The notes under the pieces are model-generated. The model was not told the DNA's origin and made no database searches. It saw nothing but the letters and a program-made list of their open reading frames with translations. Source: Phenylobacterium sp. (GTDB taxonomy: Bacteria > Pseudomonadota > Alphaproteobacteria > Caulobacterales > Caulobacteraceae). Taken from it: a stretch of DNA of 64,000 nt. Shown here one piece after another: positions 48,930-58,685 of the stretch (position 1 is its first letter; each line of letters starts with the position of its first letter). The stretch covers positions 44,743-108,742 of the forward strand of contig NZ_DATLJI010000013.1 of the NCBI RefSeq assembly GCF_035539035.1, written 5' to 3'. The position numbers were made by a program, and so were the translations under genes.

Positions 48930-49065
48930 GCCTCATGGTGGATGCGAGCCTGTCGGCTCAGGCGTGTCAAGGACGCGCCCAGCGGGCGCGCCCCCCGCGG
49001 CCGGCCTGCGGCCGGTCCTTGAGACGCCTGAGCCGGCAGGCAGACTGGCTGCCATGAGATTTAAG
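48925..49065. repeat. ~140-bp imperfect palindrome (49/50-nt arms, 42-nt GC-rich centre) in convergent spacer
   Basis: The left arm is cttaagcctcatggtggatgcgagcctgtcggctcaggcgtgtcaaggac. The reverse complement of the right arm is cttaaatctcatggcagccagtctgcctgccggctcaggcgtctcaaggac. The centre contains the GCGCCC-agc-GGGCGC hairpin. Confidence 0.75.
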
Positions 49066-49072
49066 CCGCAGT

Positions 49073-49091
49073 GCGCCCCCTGAGGGGGCGC
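49073..49091 (-). terminator. GC hairpin just downstream of the DUF3035 gene
   Basis: GCGCCCCC-tga-GGGGGCGC, 10 nt after the stop at 49102. No clear U-tract. Confidence 0.4.
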
Positions 49092-49101
49092 GGTCCGGAT
49101 C

Positions 49102-49656
49102 TCAGAGCCCCGGAAGCTTGAACCGGCGCGAGCCGGCGCGCTCGATGACGATGGTCTTTCCGCCGGTGAGCGACTTCACGCGCTCTTCCTCGGACTGGGC
49201 GTCGACGGGCGTGGGGGTGTTGTCCACCGCGGCCCCGGCCGGCTGCTCGGTCTTGTCCGAGCGCCAGAACATCACCCGGTCGGCGAAGCTCTTGTCCTTG
49301 TGGGCCACGTCGCCGAACTCGTCGTCGACCACGTAGCGGATCAGCGGGTCGGCCTTCTCGGCGCCGGCCTTGGCGACCAGCAGCTTCTCGCCGTCGGAGC
49401 GGACCTGGGCCTCGCGCTGGCCGAGCAGGGCCGTGCGCGCGGCGCTTTCCGGCTGCAGCTCCTGCGGGCGCGGCTCGCCCGGGGCCGGCGGGCGCAGGGC
49501 GTAGTCGGGCGGCACCACGAGGGGCGCCTTGGTCACCACGCGGAATTCGTCGGGGGTCACCTTGGACATGCCCAGCGCCTTGGAGGTCGACTGGCACCCG
49601 GCGAGGCCGGCCGCCGCGAGGATGGCGGTGGCCACGATCACTCGGTTGACGCTCAT
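49102..49656 (-). CDS. DUF3035 lipoprotein (BamF-like)
   Basis: Lipobox ILAAAGLAGCQS. SKVTPDEFRVVTKAPLVVPPDYALRPP is the conserved DUF3035 core. Confidence 0.6.
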   Translation of the reverse strand: MSVNRVIVATAILAAAGLAGCQSTSKALGMSKVTPDEFRVVTKAPLVVPPDYALRPPAPGEPRPQELQPESAARTALLGQREAQVRSDGEKLLVAKAGAEKADPLIRYVVDDEFGDVAHKDKSFADRVMFWRSDKTEQPAGAAVDNTPTPVDAQSEEERVKSLTGGKTIVIERAGSRRFKLPGL

Positions 49657-49734
49657 GAAATCAGAAGCTCCTCAGGGCCGCCCCCGGCCGAACTGGGTGG
49701 ATACCGCAAGACACCGTTCGGCGCCAACGCGCTT

Positions 49735-50244
49735 TCAGGCCGCATCCTCGGTCGGGTGGGCGGACGTGCCCCGCTTTTCGCCCCGGATCATGTCGATAAG
49801 AAGGAGCGCGATGCCGATGTTGATGGCCGCGTCGGCGATATTGAACACCCAGGGGAAGTAGAGCGCCGACACGTCGATGAAGTCGGCCACCGCTCCGAAG
49901 CGGATGCGGTCGATGACGTTGCCGATCGCCCCGCCCATGATCAGGCCCAGCGCACAGGCAAGGATCGCCCGGCCCGCCTTGCGCACCCACAGCGCCAGGA
50001 CGACCGAAACCCCGATGGCGAAGGCCGCCAGGGCCCAGCGCGTGAGGTCCTGGTCGGCGCGCAGCAGGCCGAAGCTGACGCCCTGGTTCCAGACCATGGT
50101 CAGGTTCAGCGGCCCGGCGACCGGGACACTGCCCCGGGCCGGCAGCTCGAAGACATAGAGAATCCAGTACTTCGAGAGCTGGTCCAGCAGGACGCTCACC
50201 GCCGCGATCGCATAGGCGATCCAGCCGAGCTTCGTCACCTTCAT
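49735..50244 (-). CDS. lspA: lipoprotein signal peptidase II
   Basis: Motifs LDQLSKYWI, NQGVSFG, GGAIGNVIDR and VADFID...FNIAD. The ATG at 50244 overlaps the ileS stop (ATGA). Confidence 0.9.
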   Translation of the reverse strand: MKVTKLGWIAYAIAAVSVLLDQLSKYWILYVFELPARGSVPVAGPLNLTMVWNQGVSFGLLRADQDLTRWALAAFAIGVSVVLALWVRKAGRAILACALGLIMGGAIGNVIDRIRFGAVADFIDVSALYFPWVFNIADAAINIGIALLLIDMIRGEKRGTSAHPTEDAA

Positions 50245-53186
50245 GCGTCCACCTTGCCGTGCGCCTCGTCCCAGACCGCGACGGCGTCGTCGCAGCGCAC
50301 GCAGAGGTACTTCGGCGTCGAGACTTCCGGAAGCACGCGCCAGCAGCGCGCGCATTTGTGGCCGGGCGCGCGCTCGACCAGGGCGGCGACCGCGGGGTCC
50401 TCCGCATGGCGCTCCGCGCCGGCCGGGGGCGGCTCACGGACGATCCGCGTGGCGCTGGTGACGAAGACCTCGGAGAACATCTGCTCGGGCGCCAGGCCGT
50501 CGACCTGGACATCCGCTCCGCCGGCGTCCCCGAATTTCGCGGGGTCGTAGTAGAGGACCGCCCGCGCTTCGAGGTTGGCGCCGATCTCCTTGGCCACGCG
50601 CGCCTGCTCGAGCTTGGCGTTGACCATGGCCTTGGTCTTGAGCAGCGCGCCCCAGCGGATCGCCTCAGCCTCGTTCTTCCACTCGGACGGGGTGTCCGGG
50701 ATCACCCGCAGGGCGTTGGAATGGGCCTGCGGATAGCGGGTGAGCCAGGCCTCTTCCATGGTGAAGGGGATCAGCGGCGCGAGCCAGGCGGTCAGGCGCT
50801 CGAAGGCGGCGTCCATCACCGTGCGGGCCGCGCGCCGGCGCAGCGCGTCGGGGCGGTCGCAATAGAGGCTGTCGCGGCGGATGTCGAAGAAGATGGCCGA
50901 CAGGTCGTTCTGGCAGAAGTCGAGCAGCGGCCGGATCACGTCCTGGAAGACATAGCCCTCGTAGGCCGCGCGCACCTGCCCATCCAGCTCGTGCAGGCGG
51001 TGCAGGATGAACCGCTCCAGCGAGGGCATGTCGGCGTAATCCACCGCCTCGTCGGGGGTGTAGTCGGAGAGCGCGCCCAGCATGTAGCGCAGGGTATTTC
51101 GGAGCTTGCGGTAGGCGTCGGAGGTGGTCTGCAGGACCGTCTTGCCGATCCGGCTGTCGTCCGAATAGTCGATCATCGCCGCCCACAGGCGGATGATCTC
51201 GGCGCCGCTCTCGCGGATCACCTGCTCGGGATCGACGACGTTGCCCTTGGACTTGGACATCTTCTCGCCGGCCTCGTCCATGGTGAAGCCGTGGGTGAGG
51301 ATGGCGTCGTAGGGCGCCCGGCCGCGCGTGCCGGAGCTCTCCAGCAGCGAGGACTGGAACCAGCCGCGGTGTTGGTCGGAGCCTTCCAGGTAGAGGTCCG
51401 CCGGCCACTTGGTGTGGGCGCGGCCCTCCAGGGTGAAGGCGTGGGTCGAGCCGGAATCGAACCAGACGTCGAGGATGTCCTCGACCTTCTCGTAGCGCTC
51501 GGGATCATGATTGCCCAGGAAGTCGGACGCCGGGCGGTTGAACCAGGCGTCGGCGCCCTCCTGGCGGATCGCGTCGACTATGCGGCGGTCCACGTCGGGG
51601 TCGTGCAGCGGATGGCCGGTGTCCTTGTCCACGAACATGGCGAGCGGCGCGCCCCAGGCCCGCTGGCGGCTGACCAGCCAGTCCGGGCGGCTCTCGACCA
51701 TGGCGCGGATGCGGTTCTTCCCCTGGGCCGGATAGAAGGCGGTGGCCTCGATGGCCTCCAGCGCCGCCTCGCGCAGGGTGCGGCCGCCGAGCTCCTTCGT
51801 CTGCACCGGCTCGTCCATGCGGATGAACCACTGCGGGGTGTTGCGGAAGATCACCGGCGCCTTGGAGCGCCAGGAGTGCGGGTAGGAGTGCTCCAGCCGG
51901 CCGCGGGCCAGCAGGCGGCCCGCCTCGATCAACTTGCCGATGACGGCGTCGTTGGCCGGCCCGAACTTGCCGGCCTTCTTGCCCTCGGTCTCCAGCACCT
52001 TCAGACCGCCGAACAGCGCGACGTGCGGGTAGTAGGCGCCGTCCGGATCCACGGTCTCCGGGATCTCGCGATGGCCGTGGGCGAGCCAGACCAGATAGTC
52101 GTCGGCGCCGTGGCCCGGCGCGGTGTGCACGAAGCCCGTGCCGGCGTCGTCGGTGACGTGGTCGCCGGCCAGCATGGGCACCTGGAAGCCGTAGTGGCCG
52201 TCCAGGGCGGCCAGCGGATGCTCCAGGACCATGCCCTGGCAGTCCACGGACTCGACCTTGCGGTATGCGGCGACCTTGGCCGCCTTCATCACCTCGTCGG
52301 CCAGCTTCTCGGCCAGGATCAGCCGGTCGCCCGGCTTGGCCCACGGCTCGAAGGCCAGGTCCTGCTCCATCGCGTCCACCTGGTAGACGGCGTAGGCGAT
52401 GTCGGGGTTGTAGCTGACCGCCCGGTTCGCCGGGATCGTCCAGGGGGTGGTCGTCCAGATCACCACGCAGGCGTGGCGGACGGCGTCGGAGCCCTCGACC
52501 ACCGGGAACTTCACCCAGATCGTGGGGCTGACGTGGTCGTGGTACTCGACCTCGGCGTCGGCCAGCGCCGTGCGCTCCACCGGGCTCCACATCACCGGCT
52601 TGGAGCCGCGGTAGAGCTGGCCGGACGCCACGAACTTGTGGAACTCGGCGACGATGGCGGCCTCGGAGCCGTAGTCCATGGTCGCGTAGCGGTTCTCCCA
52701 GTCCCCCAGCACGCCCAGGCGCTTGAAGCCCTGCTTCTGCACCTCGATCCAGTGGGCGGCGTACTCGCGGCAGCGCTGGCGGAACTCGGCCTTGGAGACC
52801 TCATCCTTGCGGCGGCCCTTGGCGCGCAGCTCCTCCTCGATCTTCCACTCGATCGGCAGGCCGTGGCAGTCCCAGCCCGGCACGAAGTCGACGTCGTAGC
52901 CCAGCAGGAACCGCGAGCGGACGACGAAGTCCTTCAGCGTCTTCTGCAGGGCGTGGCCGATGTGGATCGCGCCGTTGGCGTAGGGCGGTCCGTCGTGCAG
53001 CACGAACAGCTCCGACCCCGCCCGCTGCCGCTCGGCGCGGATCGCGTGGTAGAGCCGGGCCTCGTCCCACTTCGCCAGGATCTGCGGCTCCTTCTGCGGG
53101 AGCCCGGCGCGCATGGGGAAGGGCGTCTCGGGAAGGAAGACGGTCTCGCGATAGTCGCGCGCAGGCTTTTCGGCGTCGTCGGCCAT
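50241..53186 (-). CDS. ileS: isoleucine--tRNA ligase
   Basis: Motifs HDGPPYANGAIHIGHAL (HIGH), KMSKSKGN (KMSKS) and a C-terminal CARCWRV...CVRC zinc knuckle. Start is the ATG at 53186. Confidence 0.95.
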   Translation of the reverse strand: MADDAEKPARDYRETVFLPETPFPMRAGLPQKEPQILAKWDEARLYHAIRAERQRAGSELFVLHDGPPYANGAIHIGHALQKTLKDFVVRSRFLLGYDVDFVPGWDCHGLPIEWKIEEELRAKGRRKDEVSKAEFRQRCREYAAHWIEVQKQGFKRLGVLGDWENRYATMDYGSEAAIVAEFHKFVASGQLYRGSKPVMWSPVERTALADAEVEYHDHVSPTIWVKFPVVEGSDAVRHACVVIWTTTPWTIPANRAVSYNPDIAYAVYQVDAMEQDLAFEPWAKPGDRLILAEKLADEVMKAAKVAAYRKVESVDCQGMVLEHPLAALDGHYGFQVPMLAGDHVTDDAGTGFVHTAPGHGADDYLVWLAHGHREIPETVDPDGAYYPHVALFGGLKVLETEGKKAGKFGPANDAVIGKLIEAGRLLARGRLEHSYPHSWRSKAPVIFRNTPQWFIRMDEPVQTKELGGRTLREAALEAIEATAFYPAQGKNRIRAMVESRPDWLVSRQRAWGAPLAMFVDKDTGHPLHDPDVDRRIVDAIRQEGADAWFNRPASDFLGNHDPERYEKVEDILDVWFDSGSTHAFTLEGRAHTKWPADLYLEGSDQHRGWFQSSLLESSGTRGRAPYDAILTHGFTMDEAGEKMSKSKGNVVDPEQVIRESGAEIIRLWAAMIDYSDDSRIGKTVLQTTSDAYRKLRNTLRYMLGALSDYTPDEAVDYADMPSLERFILHRLHELDGQVRAAYEGYVFQDVIRPLLDFCQNDLSAIFFDIRRDSLYCDRPDALRRRAARTVMDAAFERLTAWLAPLIPFTMEEAWLTRYPQAHSNALRVIPDTPSEWKNEAEAIRWGALLKTKAMVNAKLEQARVAKEIGANLEARAVLYYDPAKFGDAGGADVQVDGLAPEQMFSEVFVTSATRIVREPPPAGAERHAEDPAVAALVERAPGHKCARCWRVLPEVSTPKYLCVRCDDAVAVWDEAHGKVDA

Positions 53187-53388
53187 TGAACTCTGTTCCG
53201 GCTGGCTCGGGATCAAGGGGTGCGGGAGGTAACCCGGCGCGCGCTGGAGATCGTCCGGCGGCGTCACGCCGGGCGGTTAATTCGCACGCTCGTCCGAACC
53301 TGGGTCATGGGGCCGAGCCTCTAACAGAGTAGGGCGGCCGTTGGAATGCCCTCTCCCTGCGCCCTCCGCCGAGCGGGAGAGGAGATTC

Positions 53389-54339
53389 TCATTCGAACTC
53401 CGGCATCAGCAGGTCGCGGGCGGCCTGGGCGTCCCTCATGACCTGGGCGGTCATCTCCTCCAGGCTCGCGAACTTCTCTTCGGGGCGGAGGAAGGCGATG
53501 AGGTCGGTCTCGATGACCTGGTCGTAGAGGTCCTCGTCGAAGTCGAAGAGCCACACTTCCAGCAGCGGGGCAGTGATCCCGTCCACCGTCGGGTTCACGC
53601 CGATGTTGGCGACGCCCGGGACGCGCCGGCCGTCCTGCAGCCGGGTCCGGGTGGCGTAGACGCCGAACCGCGGCGCCACATAGTCGCCGAGGCGGACGTT
53701 GGCCGTGGGGAACCCCAGCTTCCGGCCGAGCTGGCGCCCGCGCTGCACCACGCCCTCGATGGCGAACGGGCGGCCGAGGATGGCCGCGGCCTCTTCCGGG
53801 CGGCCCTGGCGCAGCGCCTCGCGCACGGCGGTGGAGGAGAACTTGTCGCCGCTCTCGCCCGCCACCGGCTCGGCCACCGAGACCCCGAAGCCGAGCTCCT
53901 GGCCGTACTGGCGCATGGTCTGGGGTGTGCCGGTGCGCCCCTTGCCGAAGGAGTTGTCGAAACCCACCGCCACGTGCCGGGCGCCCAGCCCCTCGTGGAG
54001 CACCTTGGTGGCGAACTCGCGGTCGGTCATGTTGGCGAGCTCGGCGTCCCACGGCAGGACGTAGACGGTGTCCACGCCCAGCGCTTCCAGGGCCCGGGCC
54101 AGCTGGTCGAACCGCATCAGGCGGAAGGCGGGCTCGTCGGGGCGGAAATAGGTCCTGGGGTGTGGATCGAAGGTGATCACGCCCAGGGGCGCCTTCAGCT
54201 CGCCGGCCGCCCGGGCGGCCAGGGCGATCACCTTCTGGTGGCCGCGGTGGACGCCGTCGAAGCTGCCCATGGCCACCGCGGCTCCGCGGTCGGCATCCGG
54301 CAGGTCCTTCCAGCCGCGGATGACCCGGACGCGGCTCAT
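53389..54339 (-). CDS. ribF: bifunctional riboflavin kinase / FAD synthetase
   Basis: Motifs AVAMGSFDGVHRGHQ, GFPTAN and E..L.DFD.DLY. Confidence 0.9.
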   Translation of the reverse strand: MSRVRVIRGWKDLPDADRGAAVAMGSFDGVHRGHQKVIALAARAAGELKAPLGVITFDPHPRTYFRPDEPAFRLMRFDQLARALEALGVDTVYVLPWDAELANMTDREFATKVLHEGLGARHVAVGFDNSFGKGRTGTPQTMRQYGQELGFGVSVAEPVAGESGDKFSSTAVREALRQGRPEEAAAILGRPFAIEGVVQRGRQLGRKLGFPTANVRLGDYVAPRFGVYATRTRLQDGRRVPGVANIGVNPTVDGITAPLLEVWLFDFDEDLYDQVIETDLIAFLRPEEKFASLEEMTAQVMRDAQAARDLLMPEFE

Positions 54340-54758
54340 GTGGCCCGACGCGGGACCATGACCACGGCCTCGCCGTCGATCACCGTCTTGCCGTTCACCT
54401 GGCAGACCGTCTCCAGGGTCGCGTGGCCGCGCTTATCGTCGAGCGACTTCACGGTCACCTTCGCGGTCACCGGATCGCCGATCTTCACCGGCCGGCGGAA
54501 GCGCAGGGCCTGCGACAGGTAGATGGCCCCCGGCCCCGGCAGCTTCGTGCCCAGCACGGCGGAGATGTAGGCCGCGCCCAGCATGCCGTGGGCGATCCGC
54601 CCGCCGAAGGTGGTGGCGCGCGCGTAGTCCTCGTCCAGGTGCACGGGGTTGGTGTCGTGGCTGACCTCCGCGAACGCCTCGATGTCGGCGGCGCCCACCA
54701 CGTGGGTCAGTTCCGCGGTCTGCCCCACGGAAAGATCGTCGAAATAGAAACCCTGCAC
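54336..54758 (-). CDS. MaoC-family (R)-specific enoyl-CoA hydratase
   Basis: Motifs FAEVSHDTNPVHLDEDYA, RIAHGML and a hot-dog fold length of 140 aa. Confidence 0.8.
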   Translation of the reverse strand: MQGFYFDDLSVGQTAELTHVVGAADIEAFAEVSHDTNPVHLDEDYARATTFGGRIAHGMLGAAYISAVLGTKLPGPGAIYLSQALRFRRPVKIGDPVTAKVTVKSLDDKRGHATLETVCQVNGKTVIDGEAVVMVPRRAT

Positions 54759-54805
54759 GCCCGGCCGCTCCCCTTCTCCCGATCCTTACCTAGGAACGGC
54801 GCGCC

Positions 54806-55678
54806 TCACCAGACCAGGTCGGCCATGGCCCAGGTGGCCGACAGGCCCTCGATGGAGAGCAGGTGCTCCACGACCTTGGGCTGGAGCACGCCGTCGCGCA
54901 CCGTCTCCTCCCCGTGGATGCCGTTGGCGATGAAGAGGACGTCCAGCTTCTGGGCGTTGGCGCCGCGGATGTCGGTGCCGAGGCCGTCGCCGATGCAGAG
55001 CACGCGCGCGCGGTCCACGGGCCGGCCCAGCCGCTCGGCGGCCGTGGCCAGCGCCAGGTCGTAGATCGCGGGGTGCGGCTTGCCGGCCATCAGAACGCGG
55101 CCGTCCAGCGCCTCGTAGAGCTGGGCCAGCGCGCCGCCGCAGTAGATCAGCTTGTCGCCCCGCTGCACGACGATGTCCGGGTTGGCGCAGATCATCTCCA
55201 GCCCGCGCTCGATCGCCCGGCAGAAGTCCTCGCGATAGTCCTCCGGCACGTCGTTCTCGTCGTCGAACGGACCGGTGCAGGAGATGAAGGCGGCGCGTTC
55301 CAGCGGCGCCTCCTCCAGGCCCAGGCCTTCGTAGAGCGGCCAGTCGCGGTCGGGGCCGATCTTCCAGGCCGGGCCCGGCGCGCGCTCGGCCAGCAGGACC
55401 CGGGTGGCGTCGCCGGAGGTGACCACCTCGGCGAAGGCGTCGCGCGGCACGCCGAAGCCCATCAGCTGCTCGATCACCGGCGGATGGGGCCGCGGCGCGT
55501 TGGAGATCAGGACCACGGGCCCGCGTTCGGCGTTGAACCGGCTCAGCGCCTCGCAGGCTGCTGGGAAGGCCTCGCGCCCGTTGTGGATGACACCCCAGAT
55601 GTCGCAGAGCACCACATCGTAGCGGTCGGAGATCTCGGCGAGGCCGGAGGCGAAGGCGGGCTGGGCGGCGGCGGTCAT
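54806..55678 (-). CDS. HAD-superfamily class IIA hydrolase (TIGR01459-type)
   Basis: Motifs YDVVLCDIWGVIHNG, ISNAPR, GKPH and IGDGLGTDI. Confidence 0.8.
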   Translation of the reverse strand: MTAAAQPAFASGLAEISDRYDVVLCDIWGVIHNGREAFPAACEALSRFNAERGPVVLISNAPRPHPPVIEQLMGFGVPRDAFAEVVTSGDATRVLLAERAPGPAWKIGPDRDWPLYEGLGLEEAPLERAAFISCTGPFDDENDVPEDYREDFCRAIERGLEMICANPDIVVQRGDKLIYCGGALAQLYEALDGRVLMAGKPHPAIYDLALATAAERLGRPVDRARVLCIGDGLGTDIRGANAQKLDVLFIANGIHGEETVRDGVLQPKVVEHLLSIEGLSATWAMADLVW

Positions 55679-55738
55679 GGCCGCGCGGGGCTAGCCCAAG
55701 ATGGCGGCGTCGGAAAGCCGGAAAAAGCCCGGCGCCGG

Positions 55739-57025
55739 TCAGTACCGGCCGCCGACCACGCGGCGGGCCAGCGGATGGGCGGGCTGCGGGCGGAGCGCCG
55801 GGGCGGGCGGCGTGGCCTCGGCCAGCACCGAGTCCTTGATGGCGCGGGGCTCGCCGAACAGGTGGCCCTGGCCGTAGGCGATGTCGAGCTCCAGGATGTC
55901 GACCACCTGGCGCTCGCTCTCCACCTTCTCGGCGATGATCTCGACGCCGTAGCGGCGGTTCAGGGCGGCGAAGTCCTCGGCGGCGAGATCCGGCAGGCTG
56001 CGCAGCACCAGCCGGCCGTCCACCTCAGTGAGCTCGTTCAGCAGCATCTCCGCGCCGATCTTGATGAACTTCACGTCGGCGCGCGCCAGGTCCTGCAGGT
56101 CGAGGTCGAGGTTGGTCACCTTGTCGAGGCTGAAGCGGAAGCCGAGCTCGGCCAGCCGGCCCATGTTGCGGGCCTCGATGGGGCCGCGGGTGTCGAAGGC
56201 GGCCTGGCCGACCTCGAAGATCAGCGCGCCGGCGAGGTCGCGGTTGTCCTTCAGGAGGTCGAGGAACTGCGGGAAGAAGCTCTCGTCGGCCAGGCTGGCC
56301 ATGGAGATGTTGCAGAAAATCCCGACGCGGCGGTCCTTGGCGGCCAGGCGACGCACGATCTGCACGCAGCGGAACAGCAGCAGGTTGTCGATGGCGGTGA
56401 CGAGCCCGCCCGGCTCGGCGACGGTGAGGTACTCCGCCGGCATCATCACCCGGCCCGTCTCGTCGCGCAGGCGCGAGAAGCTCTCGTAGAAGACCGTCTT
56501 GCGTTGCGGCAGGGCGACGACCGGCTGCAGGTAGAGGTCGACGCGGTTCTCGGTCAGCGCCTCGCGGACGGTGTCCATGAGCAGGCCCGCGGCGCGGTGG
56601 TCGGAGTTGTGGCCGAGGCGGGCGGCCAGCGGCGAGGGGCTGGCCGCGGCGGGGCGCTCCTCCAGCCGCTGCTGCATCCGCTCGACGAGGCTCTCCAGCA
56701 GGTGGACCTCGTCCAGGATCTCTTCGGACTTGTGGGCGTCGGCGGCCGCGGTTTCGGCGACCTCCGCCACGCGGGCGTCGAGCCGTTCGACCTGATCGAT
56801 GAGGATCTTGTGGGCCTCGCGCACGGCGTCCATCTCGGCGCGGATGGCGGTGTTCTCGATGATCCGGGCGATGATGCCGTGCAGGGCCATGCACAGGCCG
56901 ATCGTCGCCACGAACGCCGACACGCCCGAGCCCCAGCCGCCGCCGTTCCGCCACAGCGAAAGTGCGACGGTCAGGGAGACGCAGAGATAGGTCGCGCCCA
57001 GAAGGGCAGGGGTGAGCCGTCGCAT
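55739..57025 (-). CDS. membrane-anchored EAL-domain protein with partly degenerate catalytic motifs
   Basis: Two N-terminal TM segments, then a coiled coil, then an EAL fold (YLQPVVAL, FCNIS, IFEV, AEKVESE, GQGHLFGEP). EAL is replaced by ESF, DDFGTGYSS by SLDKVTNLD, and K.D by KIG. Confidence 0.75.
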   Translation of the reverse strand: MRRLTPALLGATYLCVSLTVALSLWRNGGGWGSGVSAFVATIGLCMALHGIIARIIENTAIRAEMDAVREAHKILIDQVERLDARVAEVAETAAADAHKSEEILDEVHLLESLVERMQQRLEERPAAASPSPLAARLGHNSDHRAAGLLMDTVREALTENRVDLYLQPVVALPQRKTVFYESFSRLRDETGRVMMPAEYLTVAEPGGLVTAIDNLLLFRCVQIVRRLAAKDRRVGIFCNISMASLADESFFPQFLDLLKDNRDLAGALIFEVGQAAFDTRGPIEARNMGRLAELGFRFSLDKVTNLDLDLQDLARADVKFIKIGAEMLLNELTEVDGRLVLRSLPDLAAEDFAALNRRYGVEIIAEKVESERQVVDILELDIAYGQGHLFGEPRAIKDSVLAEATPPAPALRPQPAHPLARRVVGGRY

Positions 57026-57194
57026 GGTCCCATCCGAATCACCTGCGAGTATCCGACGGCGAATCCGTTGAAGTCGAATGGATTAACCGTCGCAGTGGGG
57101 GCCTGTGCGCCGGGGCGGAGTGGCGTTCGAGCCCGACTTATGTGATCAATGTTCATGTGACCTCCGCGCACGAGACGGAGGACTTCGGGGACGG

Positions 57195-58676
57195 ATGATG
57201 GCCGAGCATTTCGACGTGGTGATCGTGGGCGCGGGGCTGTCCGGAGTGGGCGCCGGCTGGCACCTGCAGAACGAGGCGCCGGACCGCTCCTACGTAATCC
57301 TCGAGGGCCGCGAGGCGATCGGCGGCACCTGGGACCTGTTCCGCTACCCGGGCATCCGCTCGGACAGCGACATGTACACCCTGGGCTACGCTTTCAAGCC
57401 GTGGACCGAGGCCAAGGCGATCGCCGACGGGCCGTCGATCCTGAACTATGTGCGCGAGACCGCTGTCGAGCACGGCATCGACCGGCACATCCGCTTCCGC
57501 CACCAGGTGAAGCGCGCCGCCTGGTCGACCCAGGACGCGCTCTGGACCGTGGAGGCCGAGAGCGAGGGCCAGATCCGCCGCTTCACCTGCAGCTTCCTGT
57601 TCCTCTGCGGCGGCTACTATTCCTACGAGGCCGGCTACACGCCGGAATTCCCGGGTCTGGACCGGTTCAAGGGCCGGTTCGTCCACCCGCAGCACTGGCC
57701 GGCCGACCTCGACTACGCCGGTAAGCAGGTGGTGGTGATCGGCTCGGGCGCGACGGCCGTGACCCTGGTGCCGGAGATGGCCAGGACCGCCGGCCACGTC
57801 ACCATGCTGCAGCGCTCGCCCACCTATGTGGTCAGCCGTCCGGCCGAGGACCGCATGGCCAACTGGCTGCGCGCCCGCCTGCCGGGCAAGCTCGCCTACG
57901 ACATCGTCCGATGGCGCAACGTGCTGTTCGGCATGTACTTCTTCAACATGGCCCGGAAGAAGCCGGCGGCCGTGAAACAGCGGATCATCGACATGGTCCG
58001 CGCCGAGCTCGGGCCCGACTACGACGTCGAGACCCACTTCACGCCCAGCTACAATCCCTGGGACCAGCGGCTCTGCCTCGTGCCCGACTCCGACATGTTC
58101 CAGGCCATCAAGGCCGGGACGGCCTCGGTGGTCACCGACCACATCGAGACCTTCACGGAGGGCGGGATCCGCCTGAAGTCCGGCCAGGAGCTGAAAGCGG
58201 ACCTGATCGTCAGCGCCACGGGGCTGAACCTGCAGGTGATGAACGGGCTGGAGCTCACCGTGGACGGCCGCAGGGTCGAGCCGGGCCAGACGCTCTCCTA
58301 CAAGGGCATGATGTACGAGGGCGTGCCGAACCTGGCCTCGGCCTTCGGCTACACCAATGCGTCGTGGACGCTGAAATGCGACCTGACGTGCGAATACGTC
58401 ACCCGGCTCCTGAACCACATGCGGAAGACCGGCCTGCGCCAGGCGACGCCGCGCAACACCGATCCGGACATCGGCACGGCGCCGTGGCTGGACTTCTCGT
58501 CGGGTTATGTGACCCGGGCGATGGACAAGTTCCCGAAGCAGGGGACCAAGGCCCCGTGGAAGCTTCACCAGAACTACGCCATGGACCTCATGACGCTGCG
58601 CTACGCGAAGCTGGAGGACGGGGTGATGGAGTTCTCCAACCCCGAGCGCCCGGCCCTCCGCCTCGCGGCGGAGTAG
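57195..58676 (+). CDS. flavin-dependent Baeyer-Villiger-type monooxygenase
   Basis: Motifs VVIVGAGLSGVGAG and the BVMO fingerprint FKGRFVHPQHWP, plus a second GSGATA dinucleotide motif. Confidence 0.85.
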   Translation: MMAEHFDVVIVGAGLSGVGAGWHLQNEAPDRSYVILEGREAIGGTWDLFRYPGIRSDSDMYTLGYAFKPWTEAKAIADGPSILNYVRETAVEHGIDRHIRFRHQVKRAAWSTQDALWTVEAESEGQIRRFTCSFLFLCGGYYSYEAGYTPEFPGLDRFKGRFVHPQHWPADLDYAGKQVVVIGSGATAVTLVPEMARTAGHVTMLQRSPTYVVSRPAEDRMANWLRARLPGKLAYDIVRWRNVLFGMYFFNMARKKPAAVKQRIIDMVRAELGPDYDVETHFTPSYNPWDQRLCLVPDSDMFQAIKAGTASVVTDHIETFTEGGIRLKSGQELKADLIVSATGLNLQVMNGLELTVDGRRVEPGQTLSYKGMMYEGVPNLASAFGYTNASWTLKCDLTCEYVTRLLNHMRKTGLRQATPRNTDPDIGTAPWLDFSSGYVTRAMDKFPKQGTKAPWKLHQNYAMDLMTLRYAKLEDGVMEFSNPERPALRLAAE

Positions 58677-58685
58677 CCGAACGGG

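Noticed and set aside
53187-53388. The 200-nt ribF-ileS spacer, checked for a T-box or other leader.
   Set aside because: Only a GC hairpin (CCTCTCCC...GGGAGAGG, a likely ribF terminator) is present. There is no specifier loop or T-box sequence, and T-boxes are not expected in alphaproteobacteria.
57026-57194. AT-richer EAL / monooxygenase spacer with short repeats (ATGTGA x2, AATCC/GGATT).
   Set aside because: The repeats are 5-6 nt and could be chance. No defined palindrome or known motif emerges.
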